This document shows, piece after piece, positions 24,527 through 36,030 of a stretch of DNA of 64,000 bases (position 1 is its first letter; each line of letters starts with the position of its first letter). A program made the translations under genes and the position numbers. The stretch is from the NCBI GenBank assembly GCA_013416795.1, contig RQSC01000028.1, forward strand, positions 729,306 to 793,305. Direction: 5' to 3'. A model generated the notes under the pieces. The model searched no databases and had not been told where the DNA came from. It saw only the letters and a list, made by a program, of their open reading frames with translations. The DNA comes from Prasinococcaceae sp. CCMP 1430. Lineage: Eukaryota; Plantae; Prasinodermophyta.

Positions 24527-26031
24527 CGGGCCGCGTGACCGTCGTGGGCGCGGGCCCCGGCGCGCCGGACCTGCTGACGCTGCGCGGCGCGGCGGCGCTC
24601 GCCGCGGCGGACGCCGTCGTGTACGACGAGCTGGGCGACTGCGAGGCGATGATCGACGCGCACTGCGCAGCGGGCGTGAGGCGCGTGTACGTGGGAAAGC
24701 GCGGCGGAAGGGGGCAGGTGCGGGCGCGAACGCGCGCGCGCGCGCACGCGCATTCGCACGCACGCATGCACACACAGGCATGCACGCGCTGACAAACGCG
24801 CGTGCGCACGCACACGCCTGTGCACACGCGCCCATCGACCCACGCGCGCGCGCAGGCGGGGGCGCCAGCGCAGGCCTCCATCGAGGCGACCCTCGCGCAG
24901 CTCGTCGCCGACGGCCTCGACGTGGTGCGGCTGAAGGTGCGTCAAACGCACACGCGCGCGCGCGAGCACACACACACACACACACACACACGCACGCATG
25001 TTCACACACATGCACGCACACGCACACTGACACGCGCCCACGCACCCACGCCTGCGCTGCCGCAAGGGGGGCGACCCGGCCGTCTTCGGCCGCCTCGGGT
25101 CGGAGCTCGCGGCGCTGCGCGCGGCGGGCGTCGGCGAGGTGCACGTCGTCCCCGGCGTGAGCGCGCTCAGCGCCGCGCCGCTCGCGGCGGGCTTCCCGCT
25201 CACGGCGGCGGCGGCGGACATCGCGAGGTGAGGCAGCGCGTGGTATGTGTGCGTGTGTGGTTGGGCTGCGTACGCGCGCGCGCGCGCGTGTTTGCGTGTG
25301 CGTGCGTGTTTGTGAGCGTGTGCGTGTGCGTGTGTTTGTGCGTGCGCGTGCGCGTGCGTGCGCGTGCTTGCGCGTGCGCTGACGTCGCCGCCCACTCCAT
25401 GCGCGCCTGCCCACCGCACCCACCCACCAACGCACGCATGCAAACACGGCAGCTTCACCGGCGCAGCTTCGCCCCTCTCTTCCCCCTCGCCTCCCCCCCC
25501 CGCCTTCGCCGTGGCCACCGCCCACGACGCGGCCTGCGACGCCGAGTGGGCCTCCCGCGGCGCCGTGGCCGCCTCAACGCTGGTGCTCTTCATGGGCGCG
25601 CGAAGGCTGGGCGCCGTCGCAGCCGCACTGCGTGAGGGAGGGTGGGAGGAGGCCACGCCGCTCGCTGTGGTGCAGTGGGCGCACACGACCAGGCAGCGGG
25701 TGTTCGTCTCCACCGTCGGCAGGTGCGCGTGTGTGCGCGTGTGTGCGCGCGCGTATGCGTACATATGCGTGCATATGCGTGCGTGAATGCGTGCGTGCTC
25801 CGCCTGCGCACATTCTCGCGCCGCGCTCACACACACGCACACGCACACATGCTCCGGCGCACCTGCGCCGGCAATCCCAGGTGTGCCGCGGGCGAGCTCG
25901 ACGTCCACCAGCCGCTCTCGCCGGCGATCATCGTCGTGGGCGACGCGGTGGCGATGGCCGATGATGCCGCCGCCGCGCGCGCCGCTGCCGCCGCGGCGGC
26001 GGCGGCGGCCGACCTCGGCGAGGCGACGTAG
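24527..26031 (+). CDS. UPM1: Uroporphyrinogen-III C-methyltransferase (SUMT/CobA/UPM1); start unresolved
   Basis: [35 protein letters not shown]|[31 protein letters not shown]. Confidence 0.88.
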
Positions 26032-26304
26032 CAGCGCCAGTGGGAGATGCTGCAGTACACACACACAAACACACCAAGAGTAGTACTAGTGCACTTTTTT
26101 ATGCGAGGCCGAACGCGCTCGCGCGCGCGCACGAAGGCCTGCGCGCGCGTGCGCTCGCGCACGCGTGCACCCGCACGCGCACGGACACACGCACACACCC
26201 TCACACACGCGCACCGGCGCATGTACACACGTGCACCGTCCGCACACGCGCCTACGCCCACCCGCAAAAGCGGAGCCACTCGCTCGCTCGCTCGCTAGCG
26301 AGAC

Positions 26305-26306
<2 letters not shown>

Positions 26307-26371
<65 letters not shown>
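26307..26371 (+). repeat. (GA)n microsatellite
   Basis: Seen directly. Confidence 0.95.
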
Positions 26372-26373
<2 letters not shown>

Positions 26374-26593
26374 AGGCCACCGGTCTACTAGCCAGTGGCC
26401 ACTGCCGCGCATGCCGCGCCGCTGGCACTCTACGTGCACGGCCTCGCGGCATCGCAACCCGTACCCACCGCCGCGTCCTTGGTATCGGAGGCTCGCCCGA
26501 CGGCGACGGGCGCGTGCGCTCGCAGGGCAAAACGAATGGGCGTTTCAAAAATCGACGTCAAAACGCATGCGAGCGCGCGCGCGTTGAAAGTAT

Positions 26594-29500
26594 ATGCGCG
26601 AGAGAGAGCGGGGCGCCCCACAGCGCGCGCGCTGGGCGCCCGGGAGGACGCTCCCCTCCCCTCCCCCCCCCCTGGTCGAGGGGGTGAAGGAAGCCGCCAC
26701 ATCCAGCCTGGCCATCGGCGGCACATCGGTGATGCGGGTTACGTTCACCGGCGATATCGACGCGCTCGCCGCCGCGCTGCGCGCGTCGCCGGCGATGCTC
26801 GCGGCGGCGCGGCGCAGCGCGCGCGCGGCCAACGCCTTCGCGGTTTCGTACAAGCGGCTGCTCGAGTGCAGCGGCAGCGCCGATCTGCAGGCCGCGCTCG
26901 AATTCCAGCCCGTCGAGGGCCTGTGCTGCGTGGGCGCCGCGGCGTACGAGGCGGTGTACTGCGCCGAGTCCGCGTCGGAGGACACCCCTCCCGCGGCGGC
27001 GCCCCGCGTGCGCCTCACGGAGTACGTGCACTCGCCGGTGAACTCAATCGCCGCGCTCCGCGCCAATTGTGTCGGCAGGCTCGTGAGCGTCCGCGGCACG
27101 GTCGTGCGCGCGAGCGCCGTGCGGCCGCTCGTCACGATGCTCGAGTTCAAGTGCGAGAAGGTGCGCGCGCGCGCCGACGCTCGCAGCCCCGCGTTGGGAG
27201 CGCGCCATGCGCCTCGACCCATTGGCGTTGATGCTCTCGCGCATGTGCCCCTTCCCCACCCGCACACCCACCCATCACCCACACACACATCGCCTCGGAC
27301 GCTGACGTGGCGCCGCTGTGCTGCGCCGGAACAGTGCGGCGAGGTGTCGGCGGTGCCGATGCCCGACGGCGTCTTCAACCCGCCGACGAAGTGCGGCGTG
27401 AACGGCTGTCGCTCAGGCAGGCTCGTGCCGCGGCGGAAGACCGCGCGGCTGGTGGACTGGCAGCGCGTGCGTCTCCAGGAGCAGACGTCGTTCGGTGCCG
27501 CGGCCGATGGCGCCGCGGCGGGCAGCGACAGGAGGGGGCGCCGCGACAGCGGCGGGGGGCATCTGGAGCAAGCCCTCGATGGCGAGGGACGCGTGCCCCA
27601 GAACGTCGAGGTCGACTTGCGCGAGGACCTCGCAGGACGAGCGTCGCCTGGCGACGAGGTGACCGTCGTTGGGCTCGTCAAAGCCGTCGACGCAGACGAA
27701 GCCGCCCGAAACGGCGGCGCCAGCGGCGGCTTTGGCGGTGGCAAGGCTCGCTCGACGGTGTACGTCATTTTCCTCGAGGCCGTCTCGCTCGTCAAGTGCC
27801 CCAGGCGCGGGGGCCTCGATGCCGGTGGAGGCACGGACGACCGGGATGGCGCAGGCCAGAGCCAGGAAGCGCTTGAGGGCCCCGGCGGAGGTGCGTGCGC
27901 CGGCGCGCGCGCGCCCGCTGCCATCCGCGCTTAGAAACGTCCCTGCCCGAGAGCGCGAGCTCTGTGCACGAGCGCGAGGGCCCAGGAACTGACCCCCTTC
28001 CCACCATTTGCACGGACGCACGCAGGCGGCGCCGCGGGCGATGCGAAGGAGAAAGGAGAGGGGCGCGCGCCGACGTTTTCCCGGCGCGAGCTCAACATGG
28101 TGGCGACCGTCGCGCGTGAGGTCGCGGACCCGCTCAGGCTGCTCGTGAACTCGCTGTGCCCGGATATCTACGGCCACGAGATGGCCAAGTGCGGCCTCAT
28201 TTTGGCGTTGCTGGGCGGTGTGCGTCTGTACGACACCGACACGCGCGCTGCCGCAGGAAGTGGGTCCAGTGGAGCTGGCGTGGCACTTGACGCGCCAACC
28301 CAGGGCCGTGTGCCTGTGCGGGGTGACATACACTGCCTGTTGCTTGGTGATCCGGGCCTCGGAAAGTCCCAGCTCCTGCGCGCAGTGACGGCCGTGTCGC
28401 CACGGGGCGTGTACGTTGGTGGCGGCCACAGCAGCGCTGCCGGGCTGACCGCCTCGGTGGCGCGAGACGGCGGCGCTGGCACAATGTTCGAGGCGGGCGC
28501 GCTGGTGATGGCCGACGGCGGCACGTGTTGCATAGATGAGTTGGACAAGCTGACGACCTCTTACGGCAATCTGCTGGAGGCGATGGAACAACAGAGCGTG
28601 AGCCTCGCCAAGGCGGGTCTAGTGAGCACGCTGCAGGCGCGCACGACGGTGGTCGCCGCCGCCAACCCCGCCAAGGGGCACTACGACCGCACTCGAACCG
28701 TTGCGGAGAACATTCGAATGCCCGCGCCGCTTCTCAGCCGCTTCGACCTTATCTTCGTGCTGCTTGACCGCGCCGATGCCGGCCGCGACGAGATGCTCAC
28801 GCGGCACGTCATGTCGATGCACGGCGTCAGGGATGGGTCGCGCGCGCTACTGCTTGAGGGCCCCGGCGAGCGCGTGCAGACAGCGGCGGGTGCCCGCGGC
28901 GGATTGCTTGACTCGCTGGAGCGTTCGGAGGCGTGTTCAGAGGGCGGCGGTGGCGGCATGGGTCTCGGCAGCGGCGGCGGGGCGCTCGCGGCGCGTCTGC
29001 GGCAGCGGCGGGGCGATGATCCAGACCCGCTCCCGCCGCACCTGCTCAAGACGTACATTGCCTACGCGCGACAGCATTGCCATCCGCAGCTCGACGGCGA
29101 GGCGTGCTCCAAGCTCAAGGAATTCTACTTGAAGCTTCGGCGGCAGGCTGCTGGCAAAGGCGCGGCTGGCGCGCCGATCACAGCGCGCCAGCTCGAGAGC
29201 CTCGCGCGCCTCACACAGGCGCGCGCACGTGTCGACCTCCGCAACGTCGCGACCGGTGCCGATGCGGAGGACGCGATCAGTGTCATGCGCGCGTCCCTTA
29301 GGGATGTGCTCGAGGACGAAGCGGGGATGATCGACCTGCGCCGAGCGGGCGGAATGTCAAAACAGGTGCGCGTGGGCGACGCCGTGCGTTCGATCGCGTC
29401 GCGAGCCCCACGACCTCGCACGCGACCCTCCATGAGGGCGTTGAGCGACCAGTGGGCGTGCGCCGTAGTCGTGATCTATGCTGCGCGCCCGGCGCTGACC

Positions 29501-29788
29501 GCTCGCGTCGATGCGCGCACCCGGGCCCACCCCTGGATCTGCGCGTGCATGCGCGCTCTGCAGGCCGAGGCCAAGCGCCTCGTCTCGGAGCTACAGCGGC
29601 TGGTCACGGCCGAGGGGCGAGTGATGCTCACTGTTGACGAAATCCGCGCTGCGGCGAATGCGGTGCGCGTCGCGGACGCTGACGCCGCCGTCGAGAGCCT
29701 GAACGCCGCCGGTGTGCTCCTCAAGAAAGGGCATCGGCTCTACTCGTTGGCCGCCAGCCTCTGCGGACGAGGTAGTGGCATGCTGTGA
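26594..29788 (+). CDS. MCM8: MCM8-like helicase, about 4 exons
   Basis: GDPGLGKSQLL, CCIDELDK, LLEAMEQQSVSLAKAG, AAANP..GHY..TVAENI, LLSRFDL, ITARQLESL; C-terminal LNAAGVLLKKG..YSL is MCM8-type. Confidence 0.9.
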
Positions 29789-29921
29789 GGAGCAGCCCGG
29801 CGTTGGCACTTTCCACTCGATTCGATGCGTCAATGTATTATGTCTATTGCTATGTACGGCAGTCGGTCCGCCCGCCTTCCGCGCCCGGCGCACGAGCGCG
29901 TGCTGGCGGGCGCGACTCAAT

Positions 29922-31233
29922 CTAGTCGTCGCCCGTCAGTATTGGCTCGAGGACATCCACGACCTCTGCCTGCGTCATCCCCGCGAGCTCGCCGCCCTGC
30001 TCGAAAAGCGCGCGCCGAACCAGCACACAGTCGGCGCCGGCGTACTTCGCGAAGCGCAGCTCGTCGAGTGAGCTCACGCCCACGACGCTAAAGGCTCCGA
30101 ATGGCAGCGAGCCGAGGAGGCCTTTGATGATCTGCCTCTGGGCGCCCGGAATTCCGCCGAGCGTCAGCGCCACGCTCAGGTTCATACCGTACACGCCCGC
30201 GCCCGCCGCCTCGGCAGCCTCGACGTCCTGCGCGTTGACGCACTCGACGACGATGTCCATCCCAGACGGCCGCGCGAAGGTCGCGATCGTCCCAAGCCCT
30301 CCCTTCAGCACCTGCGCGACGAGCGGCGCCGCGCACGCGCCGGCCTTGAGCGCCGAGATGAGCTGCATCGGGTGCATGATCCAATCGAGCACCATCACCG
30401 GCAGCCGCGTGGCGCGCGCGGCAGCCTCCAGGTCCTGGTCACCCAGCGAAGTTATCTAGAGCGCGCGGGCGACCGTCAGCACGCGCAGCGCCCGCGCGGC
30501 CACGCGTGCGCGCGCGCAAACACGCGTCGGCACGCACGCGAGTGCGAGCGCGAGCGCGAGGGCGCGGCCGCGGGCGCACGCCGTACCTCCTCGTCTATCG
30601 ATACCGCGATGGCGTCCGCACCCGCCTTCTCCCACGCGGCGGCGGCCGCCGCAACAGCCGCGCCGCCGTCGTGCGGCGTCGGCGATGCGAGCTCCACCAT
30701 GAGGCCACAGCGGCCCTGTAGCGACTTGTAGGCGATGGCATTGGCCAATCGCTCGGGCTGGACATCGCACGCGTTCGCGTGTGGTGCGTGCGCGCGGTGG
30801 TCAGCGCGGACTGGTGGTCGCTCGTGAACGTGCTCGCGCGCAATTGGGAGTGCGCGGGCGCAGTGGCGTGCGCGCGCGAGCGCGAACCGGCGCGAGCGCG
30901 CACGCGCGCGCAAGAGAGCTCGCTGGCGCAAGACCGTACCGGCGACACGGGCGGAGTGTCCATGATAAGCTCCTGCAAGCCCTCCAGCCCGCCCACGGCC
31001 TCCAGCTTGGCCTCGAGCGTGCGCTGCTTCCGCCGCAGCACGCCCTTGAGCGCCGCCGCCGGCGCGCCCTCGCACGCGCGCGTCCGCGTCCGCACGCGCA
31101 CACGCACGCGCACACGCACCCTCACGCTCACCCAGGTTCTGAACATGGCGAGCGCCGCCACCTCCTGGAACTTACCACCCCCCGCGCGCGCTCCCAGGCG
31201 CGCGCGCGCGCGCTGTGGCGCGTGCCCCGTCAC
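29922..31233 (-). CDS. Indole-3-glycerol-phosphate-synthase-like TIM-barrel protein, divergent, multi-exon
   Basis: GLMVELASPT, GADAIAVSIDE, LPVMVLDWIMHPMQL, GMDIVVECV, GADCVLV follow the TrpC fold pattern. The start is at 31146 or further upstream. Confidence 0.7.
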
Positions 31234-31299
31234 CGCACATCAAATCGCATCCGCCCAAAACCCCACGTTCAAATGCACGTGCAGGAGGCAGCCGTGGGT

Positions 31300-31338
31300 C
31301 TAAACCCTAAACCCTAAACCATAAACCCTAACCCTAAA
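31300..31338 (+). repeat. Interstitial telomere-type (CCCTAAA)n / telo-box array
   Basis: CTAAACCCTAAACCCTAAACCATAAACCCTAACCCTAAA. Shorter copies at 12693-12704, 19194-19203, 44640-44647 and 44660-44667. Confidence 0.85.
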
Positions 31339-31635
31339 GGCAGCGCCCGCGGCGCGTGCATTGGCGTCGCGTCGATGGCGGGGAAGCGCGCGCCGCTGCG
31401 ACGTTTCGGATAGAGCCGTCAAAACGCATGCGAATTTGACGCCGTCAAAACGAATTGAGCGGAGCGGGGGAGGTCGAGGCACGGCAGGGGCGGGGCACGT
31501 CGGTGGGACGGAGGGGGGGGGGGAGAGGGCGCCCGGCGGCACTGGCGGAGGTGCGAGCGCCCACACGCGGGCCCACACGCCCCTCCGACGGCGCGGAAGC
31601 GCGGGCCGCGCGCGTCGGGCGCGCCGCCGGTGCGC

Positions 31636-32210
31636 CCAAGGTAAAACTTTCCACAGGAAAGACTGTGTTGGCCTATATTCCAGGGATCTTTCATACCCTT
31701 CAGGAACACTCCCACGTTCTTCTTCGAGGGGGTCGAGTCAAGGACCTTCCAGGAGTGAAATACCATTGCGTCCGAGCAAAGGAAGACTTTCTTCCTGTCT
31801 TTGAACGGCGGAAAGGACGGTCGAAGTATGGGTGTCCCCACCCAAAGAATTATCGGAAATGAGGGTCCTTCTTTATCTGAAAGATGGAGGGCTTTCTTTG
31901 TCTGTCATAGGCAAAGGGTTTTCTTTCTTTGTCATAAAGGAAGGGTTTCTCGCAAGGTTCAGTCTTTCTCTTGCACACACACGCGATGTCGTCTCCCTGT
32001 GTCCTCGTGCTGCAGAAGGTGCGAAGGGTTCGGCTGTTCGCCGATTAATACAGGACGCGGATGGGTTTAGAACGTCGTAAGACAGTTTGGTTTCTACCTA
32101 CCGTGAGGGTACACCCTGGACTCAGACTGAGTCCAGACGTATATGTGAGAAGCTTTCACTCTAGTACGAGAGGACCGAGTGGAACGGACCTCTGGGGTGT
32201 CTGTTGTAGT
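31636..32210 (+). pseudogene. rps12: Mitochondrial-type rps12 3' fragment (to 31862) followed by a possible rps10-like remnant; NUMT or mis-join
   Basis: [44 protein letters not shown]...RSKYG. T-rich codons as in the cob piece. Confidence 0.85.
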
Positions 32211-32339
32211 CCCACTGCATGGCCACACGCGCGCGACCGCGCGCAGGCGGCGGGCACGCGCCGTGGCAGTGGCACGCCACGTGCGAGCGTGCGCTGAAAG
32301 GGGAAGGCGTGTGAGAGAGCAAGCCCTTGTGCGCAAACG

Positions 32340-34007
32340 ATGGCGGGAGACGAGGCGTGGCGCGCGCGCCACGCGGGCCTGCTCACGCCCGTTGCGGCGG
32401 CGCGCGCGAGCCCGCGATTGCTCTCGCTCTTGCCAATGCTCGCCGACCAGCGCACCGTGTGGCTCGCGGGCGGGACCCCGCCGGGCGAAGCCTTTCCGCT
32501 CGCGTCGCTGCGCGTCACGACGGTGGACGGTGCGTGCGACGTGCACGTCGGCGCGGCGGCGGGCGGACACGCCGACAAGAACGACGAGGCCTACAAGATG
32601 CAGCAGTACCAGATGGTCTTCAGAGGCTATCCGCCGCTGTTCGACTGGGTGTGCGCGCACGTGCGCCTGCTGCACGCGCCGCCCGAGGGAGGCGGCGCCG
32701 TCGGCCCCGCGCCCCTCGAGGAACGCGTGCTGCTCACGTGCGGCAATTCGGACGCGCTCGACAAGGTGCTCGTGGCGCTGCTTGGCCCCGGCGATGTGCT
32801 GCTCGTCGAGGAGAGCAACTTCCTCACGTCGATAAGCGCGCTCCGCCCTCATCAGGCGCGCGGCGTGACCGTCGCGCCCGTACGCACGCACTGCGCCCGC
32901 GCCGTGCGCGACGCGTGCGCCGCGTTGCGCGCGCGCGGCCTGCGCCCGAAGGTCTACTACGTCATCCCCACGGCGCACAACCCCACCGGCGTGTCGGCGT
33001 CGGCGGATGCGCGCCGCGCAATATATGCGGCCGCGTGCGACGAGGACCTGCTGCTGCTGGAGGACGACCCGTACTTGTACGCAGCGTTCGGAAAGACGGG
33101 CGGCAAGTGGCTGAAAGGCGCCGACGCCGCGGCCGCGGGCGAGAGCGCAAACGCTGTGAACGAGGCGGCGATGCCAGGTTTGTACGGCCTGGCGTCGCAC
33201 GCCTTTACGACGTCCACGCCCAACGCGGCGCTGCCGCCGAGCTACCTGTCCATGGACGTCGAGGAGCGCGTCGTGCGCGTGGACACTTTCTCAAAATTTA
33301 TGGCGCCGGGGCTGCGCGCTGGCTGGGTGACGTGCTGCCACGCGCTGCGGCAGAGCCTGATGTACCACACGCAGCAGTCATCGCAGGGGGTGTGCAGCGT
33401 GAGCTCGGTCATCCTGGCCAACGTGCTCCAGCAGTGGGGGAACGACGGCCTCGACGCGCACCGTGCGGGCGCGCACCCGCGCGCCAGCACCTCTGCGCCT
33501 ACGTGCCCGCCCGCGCGCGCGCGTGCACATGTTGCAGCGCCGTACTGACGCGGCGCGCGGCCTCACTCACTGGCGACCTCACGGACAGTGCGGCGGCTCC
33601 AGGCGGGTTACGCGTCCAAGTGCGCGCTGCTGCTGTCGCTTCTCGAGGAACACTGCGGCGAGCTCGCACGCGCCGAAGTGCCCGACGGCGGCATGTTCGC
33701 GTGGATCAAGGTCTCGTGGGCGGTGGGAGTCGTCGACACCGCCGAGCTCATCGACGACCTGGTGGCAGCGCGCGTGGCGCTCGTGCCTGGGCGCTTCTTC
33801 TCGCCGGACGACGCGCCCAGTCAGCACCTGCGCGCGTGCTTCGCCACAGCTTCGCCCGCAGAGATTGCGCTGGGCATGGAGCGGCTGGGCATGGCGCTCA
33901 AGAAGCGCGCGCGCGCGGGCGGGGCGCATCGCCCCAGCCTTACCCGCGTCCGCGGCGCGGTGCATCAAAACAAGCGCGTGCGCACACAGCACGCACTCGC
34001 CATCTGA
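32340..34007 (+). CDS. PLP-dependent class I/II aminotransferase (2-aminoadipate/aromatic/kynurenine type); intron ~33463-33588
   Basis: LAGGTP, VYYVIPTAHNPTG, LLLLEDDPY, VDTFSKFMAPGLRAGW, PDGGMFAW, HLRACF. Confidence 0.88.
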
Positions 34008-34401
34008 GTGAGCCCCGACGGAGCCCGAGCGGCCCCACAGGCCATGCATCCGCGCAGGCACGGGCGACCAACCGTGACGTGTCCTGTTTATCACAGCCTG
34101 TAGTACTACTGTAAGTTACAGCCTTGTATGTAGCGCACGTGCCTGGGCTCAAAGTAGTAGCCTACCGGAGCATGCAGGGTCCGTCTCGCGGCTACAATCC
34201 GAGCTGCGGAGAGGCGAGCTCAACGGCTGCACCGACACGAACGCCGAGGCAAGCTCCGCCGTCGATTCAGGCCCTGCGTTGGCTTGTGCCTCTCCACAAG
34301 GTCGACCATGCCGCCTGCCTCGAGCTGGACCTCGATGCCCGCGTCACGGTAGCGGTAGCGCAACGATCTTGTGGCGAGCGTGTTTGAGGTAAAAAAAGGG
34401 T

Positions 34402-35824
34402 TTGCAGTGTTTGCCGCCGCCACGCCATGATGCCACCATGGCAGCTGCCCGCGCCACACGTGCACACGTGCACGCCCTGGGCGGCCGCTGGCGCGAGGGG
34501 GCACCGGCGGGGGCGACGGCGGAGGGCGCGGCGGAGGGCGAGGGAGCGCCGCGGGTCCTCCCGCTCGCTTCTGCGGCCGCGCGGGCGGGCGGGCGTGCCC
34601 GCATGCACAATGCATTCAGCGCGACGCCGTGCGCGCGCGCGCGCGGGGCCAAGCGCGCGCGGGAGGAGGACGCGGCCTCCACCCCGGTCGCGGCGGGGAC
34701 GGAGGCGGCCTCCTCCGGCGTGGAGCTGAGCCCGTCGCTGTCGAAGGCGATCACCTGCCCGATCAGCCTCACGCTCTTCCATGACCCCGTGGTCCTGGCG
34801 GGGAGCGGGATCACTTACAGCCGACTGGAGATAACGCGCTGGCTGCGGAAGCACAACACGTGCCCCGTCAGCAATCGCAAGCTCAACGGCGCGAGTGACC
34901 GCCTGCTGGTGCCCAACATCGCGCTGCGCGCGTTGGCCGAGGAAGAGTTCATTCGGCGCGACCCGCCGGAGCTTGGAGGCGCCGCCGGCAAGGAGGGCGC
35001 GGCGGAGGCGCTCGCGGCGCTGCGCCACCCGCGCGCCAGCGCAGCGACGTGCGAGCGCGCGTGGCAGCTGCTGGCGAACGACAGCTTCGGAGCGGCCGAG
35101 ATGGGCGCTCTCTCCACCATTGCCGCGGCGCTGCGTACGCTCGGCGCGGCGGCTGCCGACACGGCCAAGGGCGATGGTGAGAGTGCCAAGGCGGCCGCCG
35201 CCCGCGTAACAGAGGGGCGCGAGCGGCACCTGCGCGCAACGTGGCGCGCGCAGCGGATCGTCCGCAAGATCTTCGGCAAGGGCAGCGCCAAGCACAACGT
35301 TGTGTTCGACGTAGACGCCTCTGTGGTCGTCGAGAGTGGCCTGGTGGGAGCGCTGTGCGACGCGCTGGGTGAACACACCGAGATGTCCACCGACGTGCTG
35401 AACCAGGCAGGCGACGCCACCCTGGAAGGCGCAGACAAGCGGGCGCAGGTCAAGGGGGGCATGTATACGTGCGTCGCGATGTGGGCGGATTCGGCGCTGT
35501 ACTACTTGATGTGGGCGGACGAAATCGTGCACGAGGCGTTGCGGCGCGGTATCGTCGCCAGGCTCGAGCAGTGGCCGTTGGCCTGCCACGGCCGCGCGGC
35601 TTTCGGGCTGAGCAAGGCGTCCCTGGGGCGAGGCGCGCTGCTCGCGAGTGCGCCGTTCAACGCAGCTCTGCGCGAGAATCCGCAGCGGCCGGAGGGCGTT
35701 GACTCGGACATCGATCGCACGCGGCGGAGGCTGGAGCACAAGGGGCCTGCTAAGGTGTGGAAGGTCGGGGCGTACAACCGGCGCGGTGACGCGCTCGCTG
35801 GCTTCCGCGACGAATATGACCCCC

Positions 35825-35856
<32 letters not shown>

Positions 35857-36030
35857 AGGTACGATGCCGAGGACGACGGAAGGGTCATGTCAGACGCCTA
35901 CACCACCGACGACTACAACGACTCGGACGACGCGATGAGCTCAAGCGACGACGACGGCGACTACTCTGACGACGAGCCCCGCGCGCACGAGTGGCCGGGG
36001 TGGCTGACGGCCGGACCTAGTCATCATTGA
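34402..36030 (+). CDS. U-box domain protein (putative E3 ligase) with an acidic tail, intronless
   Basis: ITCPISLTLFHDPVVLAGSGITYSRLEITRWL...TCPVS...LVPNIALR. Confidence 0.85.

Noticed and set aside
31859-32080. ORF after rps12 as rpl6
   Set aside because: Only vague similarity. An rps10-like motif in another frame fits better, but neither is secure enough for a gene call.
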